Source: Eledone cirrhosa
Lineage: Eukaryota
DNA: 64,000 nt
Assembly: GCA_964016885.1 (NCBI GenBank)
Contig: OZ024752.1
Span: 7,626,001-7,690,000 of the forward strand
Reading direction: 5' to 3'
The translations under genes were made by a program, and so were the position numbers. Below, in pieces: positions 47,801-62,800 of this stretch (position 1 is its first letter; each line of letters opens with the position of its first letter). The notes under the pieces are model-generated. The model did no database searches and was not told where the DNA came from. It worked only from the letters and a program-made list of their open reading frames with translations.

Positions 47801-50800
47801 AGAGACAGTAATACAGGGAATAATGTCATGACAGAGACAACAACCTGAAGTAAGAGACAGTAATACAGGGAATAACGCCATGACAGAGACAACAACCTGA
47901 AGTAAGAGACAGTAATACAGGGAATAACGCCATGACAGAGACAACAACCTGAAGTAAGAGACAGTAATACAGGGAATAACGCCATGACAGAGACAACAAC
48001 CTGAAGTAAGAGACAGTAATACAGGGAATAATGTCATGACAGAGACAACAGCCTGAAGTAAGAGACAGTAATACAGGGAATAATGCCATGACAGAGACAA
48101 TAACCTGAAGTAAGAGACAGTAATACAGGGAATAATGTCATGACAGAGACAACAGCCTGAAGTAAGAGACAGTAATACAGGGAATAACGCCATGACAGAG
48201 ACAATAACCTGAAGTAAGAGACAGTAATACAGGGAATAATGTCATGACAGAGACAACAACCTGAAGTAAGAGACAGTAATACAGGGAATAATGTCATGAC
48301 AGAGACAACAACCTGAAGTAAGAGACAGTAATACAGGGAATAACGCCATGACAGAGACAATAACCTGAAGTAAGAGACAGTAATACAGGGAATAATGTCA
48401 TGACAGAGACAACAACCTGAAGTAAGAGACAGTAATACAGGGAATAACGCCATGACAGAGACAATAACCTGAAGTAAGAGACAGTAATACAGGGAATAAT
48501 GTCATGACAGAGACAACAACCTGAAGTAAGAGACAGTAATACAGGGAATAATGTCATGACAGAGACAACAACCTGAAGTAAGAGACAGTAATACAGGGAA
48601 TAATGTCATGACAGAGACAACAACCTGAAGTAAGAGACAGTAATACAGGGAATAATGTCATGACAGAGACAACAACCTGAAGTAAGAGACAGTAATACAG
48701 GGAATAATGTCATGACAGAGACAACAACCTGAAGTAAGAGACAGTAATACAGGGAATAATGTCATGACAGAGACAACAACCTGAAGTAAGAGACAGTAAT
48801 ACAGGGAATAATGTCATGACAGAGACAACAACCTGAAGTAAGAGACAGTAATACAGGGAATAATGTCATGACAGAGACAACAACCTGAAGTAAGAGACAG
48901 TAATACAGGGAATAATGTCATGACAGAGACAACAACCTGAAGTAAGAGACAGTAATACAGGGAATAACGCCATGACAGAGACAACAACCTGAAGTAAGAG
49001 ACAGTAATACAGGGAATAATGTCATGACAGAGACAATAACCTGAAGTAAGAGACAGTAATACAGGGAATAATGTCATGACAGAGACAACAACCTGAAGTA
49101 AGAGACAGTAATACAGGGAATAATGTCATGACAGAGACAACAACCTGAAGTAAGAGACAGTAATACAGGGAATAACGCCATGACAGAGACAACAACCTGA
49201 AGTAAGAGACAGTAATACAGGGAATAATGTCATGACAGAGACAATAACCTGAAGTAAGAGACAGTAATACAGGGAATAATGTCATGACAGAGACAACAAC
49301 CTGAAGTAAGAGACAGTAATACAGGGAATAACGCCATGACAGAGACAATAACCTGAAGTAAGAGACAGTAATACAGGGAATAATGTCATGACAGAGACAA
49401 CAACCTGAAGTAAGAGACAGTAATACAGGGAATAACGCCATGACAGAGACAATAACCTGAAGTAAGAGACAGTAATACAGGGAATAATGTCATGACAGAG
49501 ACAACAACCTGAAGTAAGAGACAGTAATACAGGGAATAACGCCATGACAGAGACAATAACCTGAAGTAAGAGACAGTAATACAGGGAATAACGCCATGAC
49601 AGAGACAACAACCTGAAGTAAGAGACAGTAATACAGGGAATAATGTCATGACAGAGACAACAACCTGAAGTAAGAGACAGTAATACAGGGAATAATGTCA
49701 TGACAGAGACAACAACCTGAAGTAAGAGACAGTAATACAGGGAATAATGTCATGACAGAGACAATAACCTGAAGTAAGAGACAGTAATACAGGGAATAAT
49801 GTCATGACAGAGACAACAACCTGAAGTAAGAGACAGTAATACAGGGAATAATGTCATGACAGAGACAATAACCTGAAGTAAGAGACAGTAATACAGGGAA
49901 TAACGCCATGACAGAGACAACAACCTGAAGTAAGAGACAGTAATACAGGGAATAATGCCATGACAGAGACAATAACCTGAAGTAAGAGACAGTAATACAG
50001 GGAATAATGCCATGACAGAGACAATAACCTGAAGTAAGAGACAGTAATACAGGGAATAATGTCATGACAGAGACAACAACCTGAAGTAAGAGACAGTAAT
50101 ACAGGGAATAACGCCATGACAGAGACAATAACCTGAAGTAAGAGACAGTAATACAGGGAATAATGTCATGACAGAGACAACAACCTGAAGTAAGAGACAG
50201 TAATACAGGGAATAATGTCATGACAGAGACAACAACCTGAAGTAAGAGACAGTAATACAGGGAATAATGTCATGACAGAGACAACAACCTGAAGTAAGAG
50301 ACAGTAATACAGGGAATAATGTCATGACAGAGACAACAACCTGAAGTAAGAGACAGTAATACAGGGAATAACGCCATGACAGAGACAACAACCTGAAGTA
50401 AGAGACAGTAATACAGGGAATAATGTCATGACAGAGACAACAGCCTGAAGTAAGAGACAGTAATACAGGGAATAATGCCATGACAGAGACAATAACCTGA
50501 AGTAAGAGACAGTAATACAGGGAATAACGCCATGACAGAGACAATAACCTGAAGTAAGAGACAGTAATACAGGGAATAACGCCATGACAGAGACAACAAC
50601 CTGAAGTAAGAGACAGTAATACAGGGAATAATGTCATGACAGAGACAACAACCTGAAGTAAGAGACAGTAATACAGGGAATAATGTCATGACAGAGACAA
50701 CAACCTGAAGTAAGAGACAGTAATACAGGGAATAACGCCATGACAGAGACAACAACCTGAAGTAAGAGACAGTAATACAGGGAATAACGCCATGACAGAG

Positions 50801-53800
50801 ACAACAACCTGAAGTAAGAGACAGTAATACAGGGAATAATGTCATGACAGAGACAACAGCCTGAAGTAAGAGACAGTAATACAGGGAATAATGCCATGAC
50901 AGAGACAATAACCTGAAGTAAGAGACAGTAATACAGGGAATAACGCCATGACAGAGACAATAACCTGAAGTAAGAGACAGTAATACAGGGAATAACACCA
51001 TGACAGAGACAATAACCTGAAGTAAGAGACAGTAATACAGGGAATAATGTCATGACAGAGACAACAACCTGAAGTAAGAGACAGTAATACAGGGAATAAC
51101 GCCATGACAGAGACAATAACCTGAAGTAAGAGACAGTAATACAGGGAATAACGCCATGACAGAGACAACAACCTGAAGTAAGAGACAGTAATACAGGGAA
51201 TAACACCATGACAGAGACAACAGCCTGAAGTAAGAGACAGTAATACAGGGAATAACACCATGACAGAGACAATAACCTGAAGTAAGAGACAGTAATACAG
51301 GGAATAACGCCATGACAGAGACAATAACCTGAAGTAAGAGACAGTAATACAGGGAATAACGCCATGACAGAGACAACAACCTGAAGTAAGAGACAGTAAT
51401 ACAGGGAATAACGCCATGACAGAGACAACAGCCTGAAGTAAGAGACAGTAATACAGGGAATAATGCCATGACAGAGACAACAGCCTGAAGTAAGAGACAG
51501 TAATACAGGGAATAACGCCATGACAGAGACAACAACCTGAAGTAAGAGACAGTAATACAGGGAATAATGTCATGACAGAGACAACAACCTGAAGTAAGAG
51601 ACAGTAATACAGGGAATAATGTCATGACAGAGACAACAACCTGAAGTAAGAGACAGTAATACAGGGAATAATGTCATGACAGAGACAATAACCTGAAGTA
51701 AGAGACAGTAATACAGGGAATAACACCATGACAGAGACAACAGCCTGAAGTAAGAGACAGTAATACAGGGAATAATGCCATGACAGAGACAACAGCCTGA
51801 AGTAAGAGACAGTAATACAGGGAATAATGCCATGACAGAGACAATAACCTGAAGTAAGAGACAGTAATACAGGGAATAACACCATGACAGAGACAACAGC
51901 CTGAAGTAAGAGACAGTAATACAGGGAATAATGCCATGACAGAGACAACAGCCTGAAGTAAGAGACAGTAATACAGGGAATAATGCCATGACAGAGACAA
52001 TAACCTGAAGTAAGAGACAGTAATACAGGGAATAACGCCATGACAGAGACAATAACCTGAAGTAAGAGACAGTAATACAGGGAATAATGTCATGACAGAG
52101 ACAACAACCTGAAGTAAGAGACAGTAATACAGGGAATAACACCATGACAGAGACAACAGCCTGAAGTAAGAGACAGTAATACAGGGAATAATGTCATGAC
52201 AGAGACAATAACCTGAAGTAAGAGACAGTAATACAGGGAATAACACCATGACAGAGACAACAGCCTGAAGTAAGAGAAAGTAATACAGGGAATAATGCCA
52301 TGACAGAGACAACAGCCTGAAGTAAGAGACAGTAATACAGGGAATAATGCCATGACAGAGACAATAACCTGAAGTAAGAGACAGTAATACAGGGAATAAC
52401 GCCATGACAGAGACAATAACCTGAAGTAAGAGACAGTAATACAGGGAATAACACCATGACAGAGACAATAACCTGAAGTAAGAGACAGTAATACAGGGAA
52501 TAATGTCATGACAGAGACAACAACCTGAAGTAAGAGACAGTAATACAGGGAATAACACCATGACAGAGACAACAGCCTGAAGTAAGAGACAGTAATACAG
52601 GGAATAATGTCATGACAGAGACAACAACCTGAAGTAAGAGACAGTAATACAGGGAATAACGCCATGACAGAGACAACAACCTGAAGTAAGAGACAGTAAT
52701 ACAGGGAATAACACCATGACAGAGACAACAACCTGAAGTAAGAGACAGTAATACAGGGAATAATGTCATGACAGAGACAACAACCTGAAGTAAGAGACAG
52801 TAATACAGGGAATAACGCCATGACAGAGACAACAACCTGAAGTAAGAGACAGTAATACAGGGAATAACACCATGACAGAGACAACAGCCTGAAGTAAGAG
52901 ACAGTAATACAGGGAATAACACCATGACAGAGACAACAGCCTGAAGTAAGAGACAGTAATACAGGGAATAACGCCATGACAGAGACAACAACCTGAAGTA
53001 AGAGACAGTAATACAGGGAATAATGTCATGACAGAGACAACAACCTGAAGTAAGAGACAGTAATACAGGGAATAATGTCATGACAGAGACAACAGCCTGA
53101 AGTAAGAGACAGTAATACAGGGAATAATGCCATGACAGAGACAACAGCCTGAAGTAAGAGACAGTAATACAGGGAATAACGCCATGACAGAGACAATAAC
53201 CTGAAGTAAGAGACAGTAATACAGGGAATAATGTCATGACAGAGACAACAGCCTGAAGTAAGAGACAGTAATACAGGGAATAATGCCATGACAGAGACAA
53301 CAGCCTGAAGTAAGAGACAGTAATACAGGGAATAACGCCATGACAGAGACAATAACCTGAAGTAAGAGACAGTAATACAGGGAATAATGTCATGACAGAG
53401 ACAACAACCTGAAGTAAGAGACAGTAATACAGGGAATAATGTCATGACAGAGACAATAACCTGAAGTAAGAGACAGTAATACAGGGAATAATGTCATGAC
53501 AGAGACAACAACCTGAAGTAAGAGACAGTAATACAGGGAATAATGTCATGACAGAGACAACAACCTGAAGTAAGAGACAGTAATACAGGGAATAATGTCA
53601 TGACAGAGACAACAACCTGAAGTAAGAGACAGTAATACAGGGAATAATGTCATGACAGAGACAACAACCTGAAGTAAGAGACAGTAATACAGGGAATAAC
53701 GCCATGACAGAGACAACAACCTGAAGTAAGAGACAGTAATACAGGGAATAATGTCATGACAGAGACAACAACCTGAAGTAAGAGACAGTAATACAGGGAA

Positions 53801-56800
53801 TAACGCCATGACAGAGACAACAACCTGAAGTAAGAGACAGTAATACAGGGAATAACACCATGACAGAGACAACAGCCTGAAGTAAGAGACAGTAATACAG
53901 GGAATAACACCATGACAGAGACAACAGCCTGAAGTAAGAGACAGTAATACAGGGAATAACGCCATGACAGAGACAACAACCTGAAGTAAGAGACAGTAAT
54001 ACAGGGAATAATGTCATGACAGAGACAACAACCTGAAGTAAGAGACAGTAATACAGGGAATAATGTCATGACAGAGACAACAGCCTGAAGTAAGAGACAG
54101 TAATACAGGGAATAATGCCATGACAGAGACAACAGCCTGAAGTAAGAGACAGTAATACAGGGAATAACGCCATGACAGAGACAATAACCTGAAGTAAGAG
54201 ACAGTAATACAGGGAATAATGTCATGACAGAGACAACAGCCTGAAGTAAGAGACAGTAATACAGGGAATAATGCCATGACAGAGACAACAGCCTGAAGTA
54301 AGAGACAGTAATACAGGGAATAACGCCATGACAGAGACAATAACCTGAAGTAAGAGACAGTAATACAGGGAATAATGTCATGACAGAGACAACAACCTGA
54401 AGTAAGAGACAGTAATACAGGGAATAATGTCATGACAGAGACAATAACCTGAAGTAAGAGACAGTAATACAGGGAATAATGTCATGACAGAGACAACAAC
54501 CTGAAGTAAGAGACAGTAATACAGGGAATAATGTCATGACAGAGACAACAACCTGAAGTAAGAGACAGTAATACAGGGAATAATGTCATGACAGAGACAA
54601 CAACCTGAAGTAAGAGACAGTAATACAGGGAATAATGTCATGACAGAGACAACAACCTGAAGTAAGAGACAGTAATACAGGGAATAACGCCATGACAGAG
54701 ACAACAACCTGAAGTAAGAGACAGTAATACAGGGAATAATGTCATGACAGAGACAACAGCCTGAAGTAAGAGACAGTAATACAGGGAATAATGCCATGAC
54801 AGAGACAATAACCTGAAGTAAGAGACAGTAATACAGGGAATAACGCCATGACAGAGACAATAACCTGAAGTAAGAGACAGTAATACAGGGAATAACGCCA
54901 TGACAGAGACAACAACCTGAAGTAAGAGACAGTAATACAGGGAATAATGTCATGACAGAGACAACAACCTGAAGTAAGAGACAGTAATACAGGGAATAAT
55001 GTCATGACAGAGACAACAACCTGAAGTAAGAGACAGTAATACAGGGAATAACGCCATGACAGAGACAACAACCTGAAGTAAGAGACAGTAATACAGGGAA
55101 TAACGCCATGACAGAGACAACAACCTGAAGTAAGAGACAGTAATACAGGGAATAATGTCATGACAGAGACAACAGCCTGAAGTAAGAGACAGTAATACAG
55201 GGAATAATGCCATGACAGAGACAATAACCTGAAGTAAGAGACAGTAATACAGGGAATAACGCCATGACAGAGACAATAACCTGAAGTAAGAGACAGTAAT
55301 ACAGGGAATAACACCATGACAGAGACAATAACCTGAAGTAAGAGACAGTAATACAGGGAATAATGTCATGACAGAGACAACAACCTGAAGTAAGAGACAG
55401 TAATACAGGGAATAACGCCATGACAGAGACAATAACCTGAAGTAAGAGACAGTAATACAGGGAATAACGCCATGACAGAGACAACAACCTGAAGTAAGAG
55501 ACAGTAATACAGGGAATAACACCATGACAGAGACAACAGCCTGAAGTAAGAGACAGTAATACAGGGAATAACACCATGACAGAGACAATAACCTGAAGTA
55601 AGAGACAGTAATACAGGGAATAACGCCATGACAGAGACAATAACCTGAAGTAAGAGACAGTAATACAGGGAATAACGCCATGACAGAGACAACAACCTGA
55701 AGTAAGAGACAGTAATACAGGGAATAACGCCATGACAGAGACAACAGCCTGAAGTAAGAGACAGTAATACAGGGAATAATGCCATGACAGAGACAACAGC
55801 CTGAAGTAAGAGACAGTAATACAGGGAATAACGCCATGACAGAGACAACAACCTGAAGTAAGAGACAGTAATACAGGGAATAATGTCATGACAGAGACAA
55901 CAACCTGAAGTAAGAGACAGTAATACAGGGAATAATGTCATGACAGAGACAACAACCTGAAGTAAGAGACAGTAATACAGGGAATAATGTCATGACAGAG
56001 ACAATAACCTGAAGTAAGAGACAGTAATACAGGGAATAACACCATGACAGAGACAACAGCCTGAAGTAAGAGACAGTAATACAGGGAATAATGCCATGAC
56101 AGAGACAACAGCCTGAAGTAAGAGACAGTAATACAGGGAATAATGCCATGACAGAGACAATAACCTGAAGTAAGAGACAGTAATACAGGGAATAACACCA
56201 TGACAGAGACAACAGCCTGAAGTAAGAGACAGTAATACAGGGAATAATGCCATGACAGAGACAACAGCCTGAAGTAAGAGACAGTAATACAGGGAATAAT
56301 GCCATGACAGAGACAATAACCTGAAGTAAGAGACAGTAATACAGGGAATAACGCCATGACAGAGACAATAACCTGAAGTAAGAGACAGTAATACAGGGAA
56401 TAATGTCATGACAGAGACAACAACCTGAAGTAAGAGACAGTAATACAGGGAATAACACCATGACAGAGACAACAGCCTGAAGTAAGAGACAGTAATACAG
56501 GGAATAATGTCATGACAGAGACAATAACCTGAAGTAAGAGACAGTAATACAGGGAATAACACCATGACAGAGACAACAGCCTGAAGTAAGAGAAAGTAAT
56601 ACAGGGAATAATGCCATGACAGAGACAACAGCCTGAAGTAAGAGACAGTAATACAGGGAATAATGCCATGACAGAGACAATAACCTGAAGTAAGAGACAG
56701 TAATACAGGGAATAACGCCATGACAGAGACAATAACCTGAAGTAAGAGACAGTAATACAGGGAATAACACCATGACAGAGACAATAACCTGAAGTAAGAG

Positions 56801-59800
56801 ACAGTAATACAGGGAATAATGTCATGACAGAGACAACAACCTGAAGTAAGAGACAGTAATACAGGGAATAACACCATGACAGAGACAACAGCCTGAAGTA
56901 AGAGACAGTAATACAGGGAATAATGTCATGACAGAGACAACAACCTGAAGTAAGAGACAGTAATACAGGGAATAACGCCATGACAGAGACAACAACCTGA
57001 AGTAAGAGACAGTAATACAGGGAATAACACCATGACAGAGACAACAACCTGAAGTAAGAGACAGTAATACAGGGAATAATGTCATGACAGAGACAACAAC
57101 CTGAAGTAAGAGACAGTAATACAGGGAATAACGCCATGACAGAGACAACAACCTGAAGTAAGAGACAGTAATACAGGGAATAACACCATGACAGAGACAA
57201 CAGCCTGAAGTAAGAGACAGTAATACAGGGAATAACACCATGACAGAGACAACAGCCTGAAGTAAGAGACAGTAATACAGGGAATAACGCCATGACAGAG
57301 ACAACAACCTGAAGTAAGAGACAGTAATACAGGGAATAATGTCATGACAGAGACAACAACCTGAAGTAAGAGACAGTAATACAGGGAATAATGTCATGAC
57401 AGAGACAACAGCCTGAAGTAAGAGACAGTAATACAGGGAATAATGCCATGACAGAGACAACAGCCTGAAGTAAGAGACAGTAATACAGGGAATAACGCCA
57501 TGACAGAGACAATAACCTGAAGTAAGAGACAGTAATACAGGGAATAATGTCATGACAGAGACAACAGCCTGAAGTAAGAGACAGTAATACAGGGAATAAT
57601 GCCATGACAGAGACAACAGCCTGAAGTAAGAGACAGTAATACAGGGAATAACGCCATGACAGAGACAATAACCTGAAGTAAGAGACAGTAATACAGGGAA
57701 TAATGTCATGACAGAGACAACAACCTGAAGTAAGAGACAGTAATACAGGGAATAATGTCATGACAGAGACAATAACCTGAAGTAAGAGACAGTAATACAG
57801 GGAATAATGTCATGACAGAGACAACAACCTGAAGTAAGAGACAGTAATACAGGGAATAATGTCATGACAGAGACAACAACCTGAAGTAAGAGACAGTAAT
57901 ACAGGGAATAATGTCATGACAGAGACAACAACCTGAAGTAAGAGACAGTAATACAGGGAATAATGTCATGACAGAGACAACAACCTGAAGTAAGAGACAG
58001 TAATACAGGGAATAACGCCATGACAGAGACAACAACCTGAAGTAAGAGACAGTAATACAGGGAATAATGTCATGACAGAGACAACAACCTGAAGTAAGAG
58101 ACAGTAATACAGGGAATAACGCCATGACAGAGACAACAACCTGAAGTAAGAGACAGTAATACAGGGAATAACACCATGACAGAGACAACAGCCTGAAGTA
58201 AGAGACAGTAATACAGGGAATAACACCATGACAGAGACAACAGCCTGAAGTAAGAGACAGTAATACAGGGAATAACGCCATGACAGAGACAACAACCTGA
58301 AGTAAGAGACAGTAATACAGGGAATAATGTCATGACAGAGACAACAACCTGAAGTAAGAGACAGTAATACAGGGAATAATGTCATGACAGAGACAACAGC
58401 CTGAAGTAAGAGACAGTAATACAGGGAATAATGCCATGACAGAGACAACAGCCTGAAGTAAGAGACAGTAATACAGGGAATAACGCCATGACAGAGACAA
58501 TAACCTGAAGTAAGAGACAGTAATACAGGGAATAATGTCATGACAGAGACAACAGCCTGAAGTAAGAGACAGTAATACAGGGAATAATGCCATGACAGAG
58601 ACAACAGCCTGAAGTAAGAGACAGTAATACAGGGAATAACGCCATGACAGAGACAATAACCTGAAGTAAGAGACAGTAATACAGGGAATAATGTCATGAC
58701 AGAGACAACAACCTGAAGTAAGAGACAGTAATACAGGGAATAATGTCATGACAGAGACAATAACCTGAAGTAAGAGACAGTAATACAGGGAATAATGTCA
58801 TGACAGAGACAACAACCTGAAGTAAGAGACAGTAATACAGGGAATAATGTCATGACAGAGACAACAACCTGAAGTAAGAGACAGTAATACAGGGAATAAT
58901 GTCATGACAGAGACAACAACCTGAAGTAAGAGACAGTAATACAGGGAATAATGTCATGACAGAGACAACAACCTGAAGTAAGAGACAGTAATACAGGGAA
59001 TAACGCCATGACAGAGACAACAACCTGAAGTAAGAGACAGTAATACAGGGAATAATGTCATGACAGAGACAACAGCCTGAAGTAAGAGACAGTAATACAG
59101 GGAATAATGCCATGACAGAGACAATAACCTGAAGTAAGAGACAGTAATACAGGGAATAACGCCATGACAGAGACAATAACCTGAAGTAAGAGACAGTAAT
59201 ACAGGGAATAACGCCATGACAGAGACAACAACCTGAAGTAAGAGACAGTAATACAGGGAATAATGTCATGACAGAGACAACAACCTGAAGTAAGAGACAG
59301 TAATACAGGGAATAATGTCATGACAGAGACAACAACCTGAAGTAAGAGACAGTAATACAGGGAATAACGCCATGACAGAGACAACAACCTGAAGTAAGAG
59401 ACAGTAATACAGGGAATAACGCCATGACAGAGACAACAACCTGAAGTAAGAGACAGTAATACAGGGAATAATGTCATGACAGAGACAACAGCCTGAAGTA
59501 AGAGACAGTAATACAGGGAATAATGCCATGACAGAGACAATAACCTGAAGTAAGAGACAGTAATACAGGGAATAACGCCATGACAGAGACAATAACCTGA
59601 AGTAAGAGACAGTAATACAGGGAATAACACCATGACAGAGACAATAACCTGAAGTAAGAGACAGTAATACAGGGAATAATGTCATGACAGAGACAACAAC
59701 CTGAAGTAAGAGACAGTAATACAGGGAATAACGCCATGACAGAGACAATAACCTGAAGTAAGAGACAGTAATACAGGGAATAACGCCATGACAGAGACAA

Positions 59801-62800
59801 CAACCTGAAGTAAGAGACAGTAATACAGGGAATAACACCATGACAGAGACAACAGCCTGAAGTAAGAGACAGTAATACAGGGAATAACACCATGACAGAG
59901 ACAATAACCTGAAGTAAGAGACAGTAATACAGGGAATAACGCCATGACAGAGACAATAACCTGAAGTAAGAGACAGTAATACAGGGAATAACGCCATGAC
60001 AGAGACAACAACCTGAAGTAAGAGACAGTAATACAGGGAATAACGCCATGACAGAGACAACAGCCTGAAGTAAGAGACAGTAATACAGGGAATAATGCCA
60101 TGACAGAGACAACAGCCTGAAGTAAGAGACAGTAATACAGGGAATAACGCCATGACAGAGACAACAACCTGAAGTAAGAGACAGTAATACAGGGAATAAT
60201 GTCATGACAGAGACAACAACCTGAAGTAAGAGACAGTAATACAGGGAATAATGTCATGACAGAGACAACAACCTGAAGTAAGAGACAGTAATACAGGGAA
60301 TAATGTCATGACAGAGACAATAACCTGAAGTAAGAGACAGTAATACAGGGAATAACACCATGACAGAGACAACAGCCTGAAGTAAGAGACAGTAATACAG
60401 GGAATAATGCCATGACAGAGACAACAGCCTGAAGTAAGAGACAGTAATACAGGGAATAATGCCATGACAGAGACAATAACCTGAAGTAAGAGACAGTAAT
60501 ACAGGGAATAACACCATGACAGAGACAACAGCCTGAAGTAAGAGACAGTAATACAGGGAATAATGCCATGACAGAGACAACAGCCTGAAGTAAGAGACAG
60601 TAATACAGGGAATAATGCCATGACAGAGACAATAACCTGAAGTAAGAGACAGTAATACAGGGAATAACGCCATGACAGAGACAATAACCTGAAGTAAGAG
60701 ACAGTAATACAGGGAATAATGTCATGACAGAGACAACAACCTGAAGTAAGAGACAGTAATACAGGGAATAACACCATGACAGAGACAACAGCCTGAAGTA
60801 AGAGACAGTAATACAGGGAATAATGTCATGACAGAGACAATAACCTGAAGTAAGAGACAGTAATACAGGGAATAACACCATGACAGAGACAACAGCCTGA
60901 AGTAAGAGACAGTAATACAGGGAATAATGCCATGACAGAGACAACAGCCTGAAGTAAGAGACAGTAATACAGGGAATAATGCCATGACAGAGACAATAAC
61001 CTGAAGTAAGAGACAGTAATACAGGGAATAACGCCATGACAGAGACAATAACCTGAAGTAAGAGACAGTAATACAGGGAATAACACCATGACAGAGACAA
61101 TAACCTGAAGTAAGAGACAGTAATACAGGGAATAATGTCATGACAGAGACAACAACCTGAAGTAAGAGACAGTAATACAGGGAATAACACCATGACAGAG
61201 ACAACAGCCTGAAGTAAGAGACAGTAATACAGGGAATAATGTCATGACAGAGACAACAACCTGAAGTAAGAGACAGTAATACAGGGAATAACGCCATGAC
61301 AGAGACAACAACCTGAAGTAAGAGACAGTAATACAGGGAATAACACCATGACAGAGACAACAACCTGAAGTAAGAGACAGTAATACAGGGAATAATGTCA
61401 TGACAGAGACAACAACCTGAAGTAAGAGACAGTAATACAGGGAATAACGCCATGACAGAGACAACAACCTGAAGTAAGAGACAGTAATACAGGGAATAAC
61501 ACCATGACAGAGACAACAGCCTGAAGTAAGAGACAGTAATACAGGGAATAACACCATGACAGAGACAACAGCCTGAAGTAAGAGACAGTAATACAGGGAA
61601 TAACGCCATGACAGAGACAACAACCTGAAGTAAGAGACAGTAATACAGGGAATAATGTCATGACAGAGACAACAACCTGAAGTAAGAGACAGTAATACAG
61701 GGAATAATGTCATGACAGAGACAACAGCCTGAAGTAAGAGACAGTAATACAGGGAATAATGCCATGACAGAGACAACAGCCTGAAGTAAGAGACAGTAAT
61801 ACAGGGAATAACGCCATGACAGAGACAATAACCTGAAGTAAGAGACAGTAATACAGGGAATAATGTCATGACAGAGACAACAGCCTGAAGTAAGAGACAG
61901 TAATACAGGGAATAATGCCATGACAGAGACAACAGCCTGAAGTAAGAGACAGTAATACAGGGAATAACGCCATGACAGAGACAATAACCTGAAGTAAGAG
62001 ACAGTAATACAGGGAATAATGTCATGACAGAGACAACAACCTGAAGTAAGAGACAGTAATACAGGGAATAATGTCATGACAGAGACAACAGCCTGAAGTA
62101 AGAGACAGTAATACAGGGAATAATGTCATGACAGAGACAACAGCCTGAAGTAAGAGACAGTAATACAGGGAATAACACCATGACAGAGACAACAGCCTGC
62201 AGTAAGAGACAGTAATACAGGGAATAACGCCATGACAGAGACAATAACCTGAAGTAAGAGACAGTAATACAGGGAATAACGCCATGACAGAGACAACAGC
62301 CTGAAGTAAGAGACAGTAATACAGGGAATAATGTCATGACAGAGACAACAACCTGAAGTAAGAGACAGTAATACAGGGAATAACGCCATGACAGAGACAA
62401 CAACCTGAAGTAAGAGACAGTAATACAGGGAATAATGTCATGACAGAGACAACAACCTGAAGTAAGAGACAGTAATACAGGGAATAATGCCATGACAGAG
62501 ACAACAGCCTGAAGTAAGAGACAGTAATACAGGGAATAACGCCATGACAGAGACAACAACCTGAAGTAAGAGACAGTAATACAGGGAATAACACCATGAC
62601 AGAGACAACAACCTGAAGTAAGAGACAGTAATACAGGGAATAATGCCATGACAGAGACAATAACCTGAAGTAAGAGACAGTAATACAGGGAATAATGTCA
62701 TGACAGAGACAACAACCTGAAGTAAGAGACAGTAATACAGGGAATAACGCCATGACAGAGACAACAGCCTGCAGTAAGAGACAGTAATACAGGGAATAAC

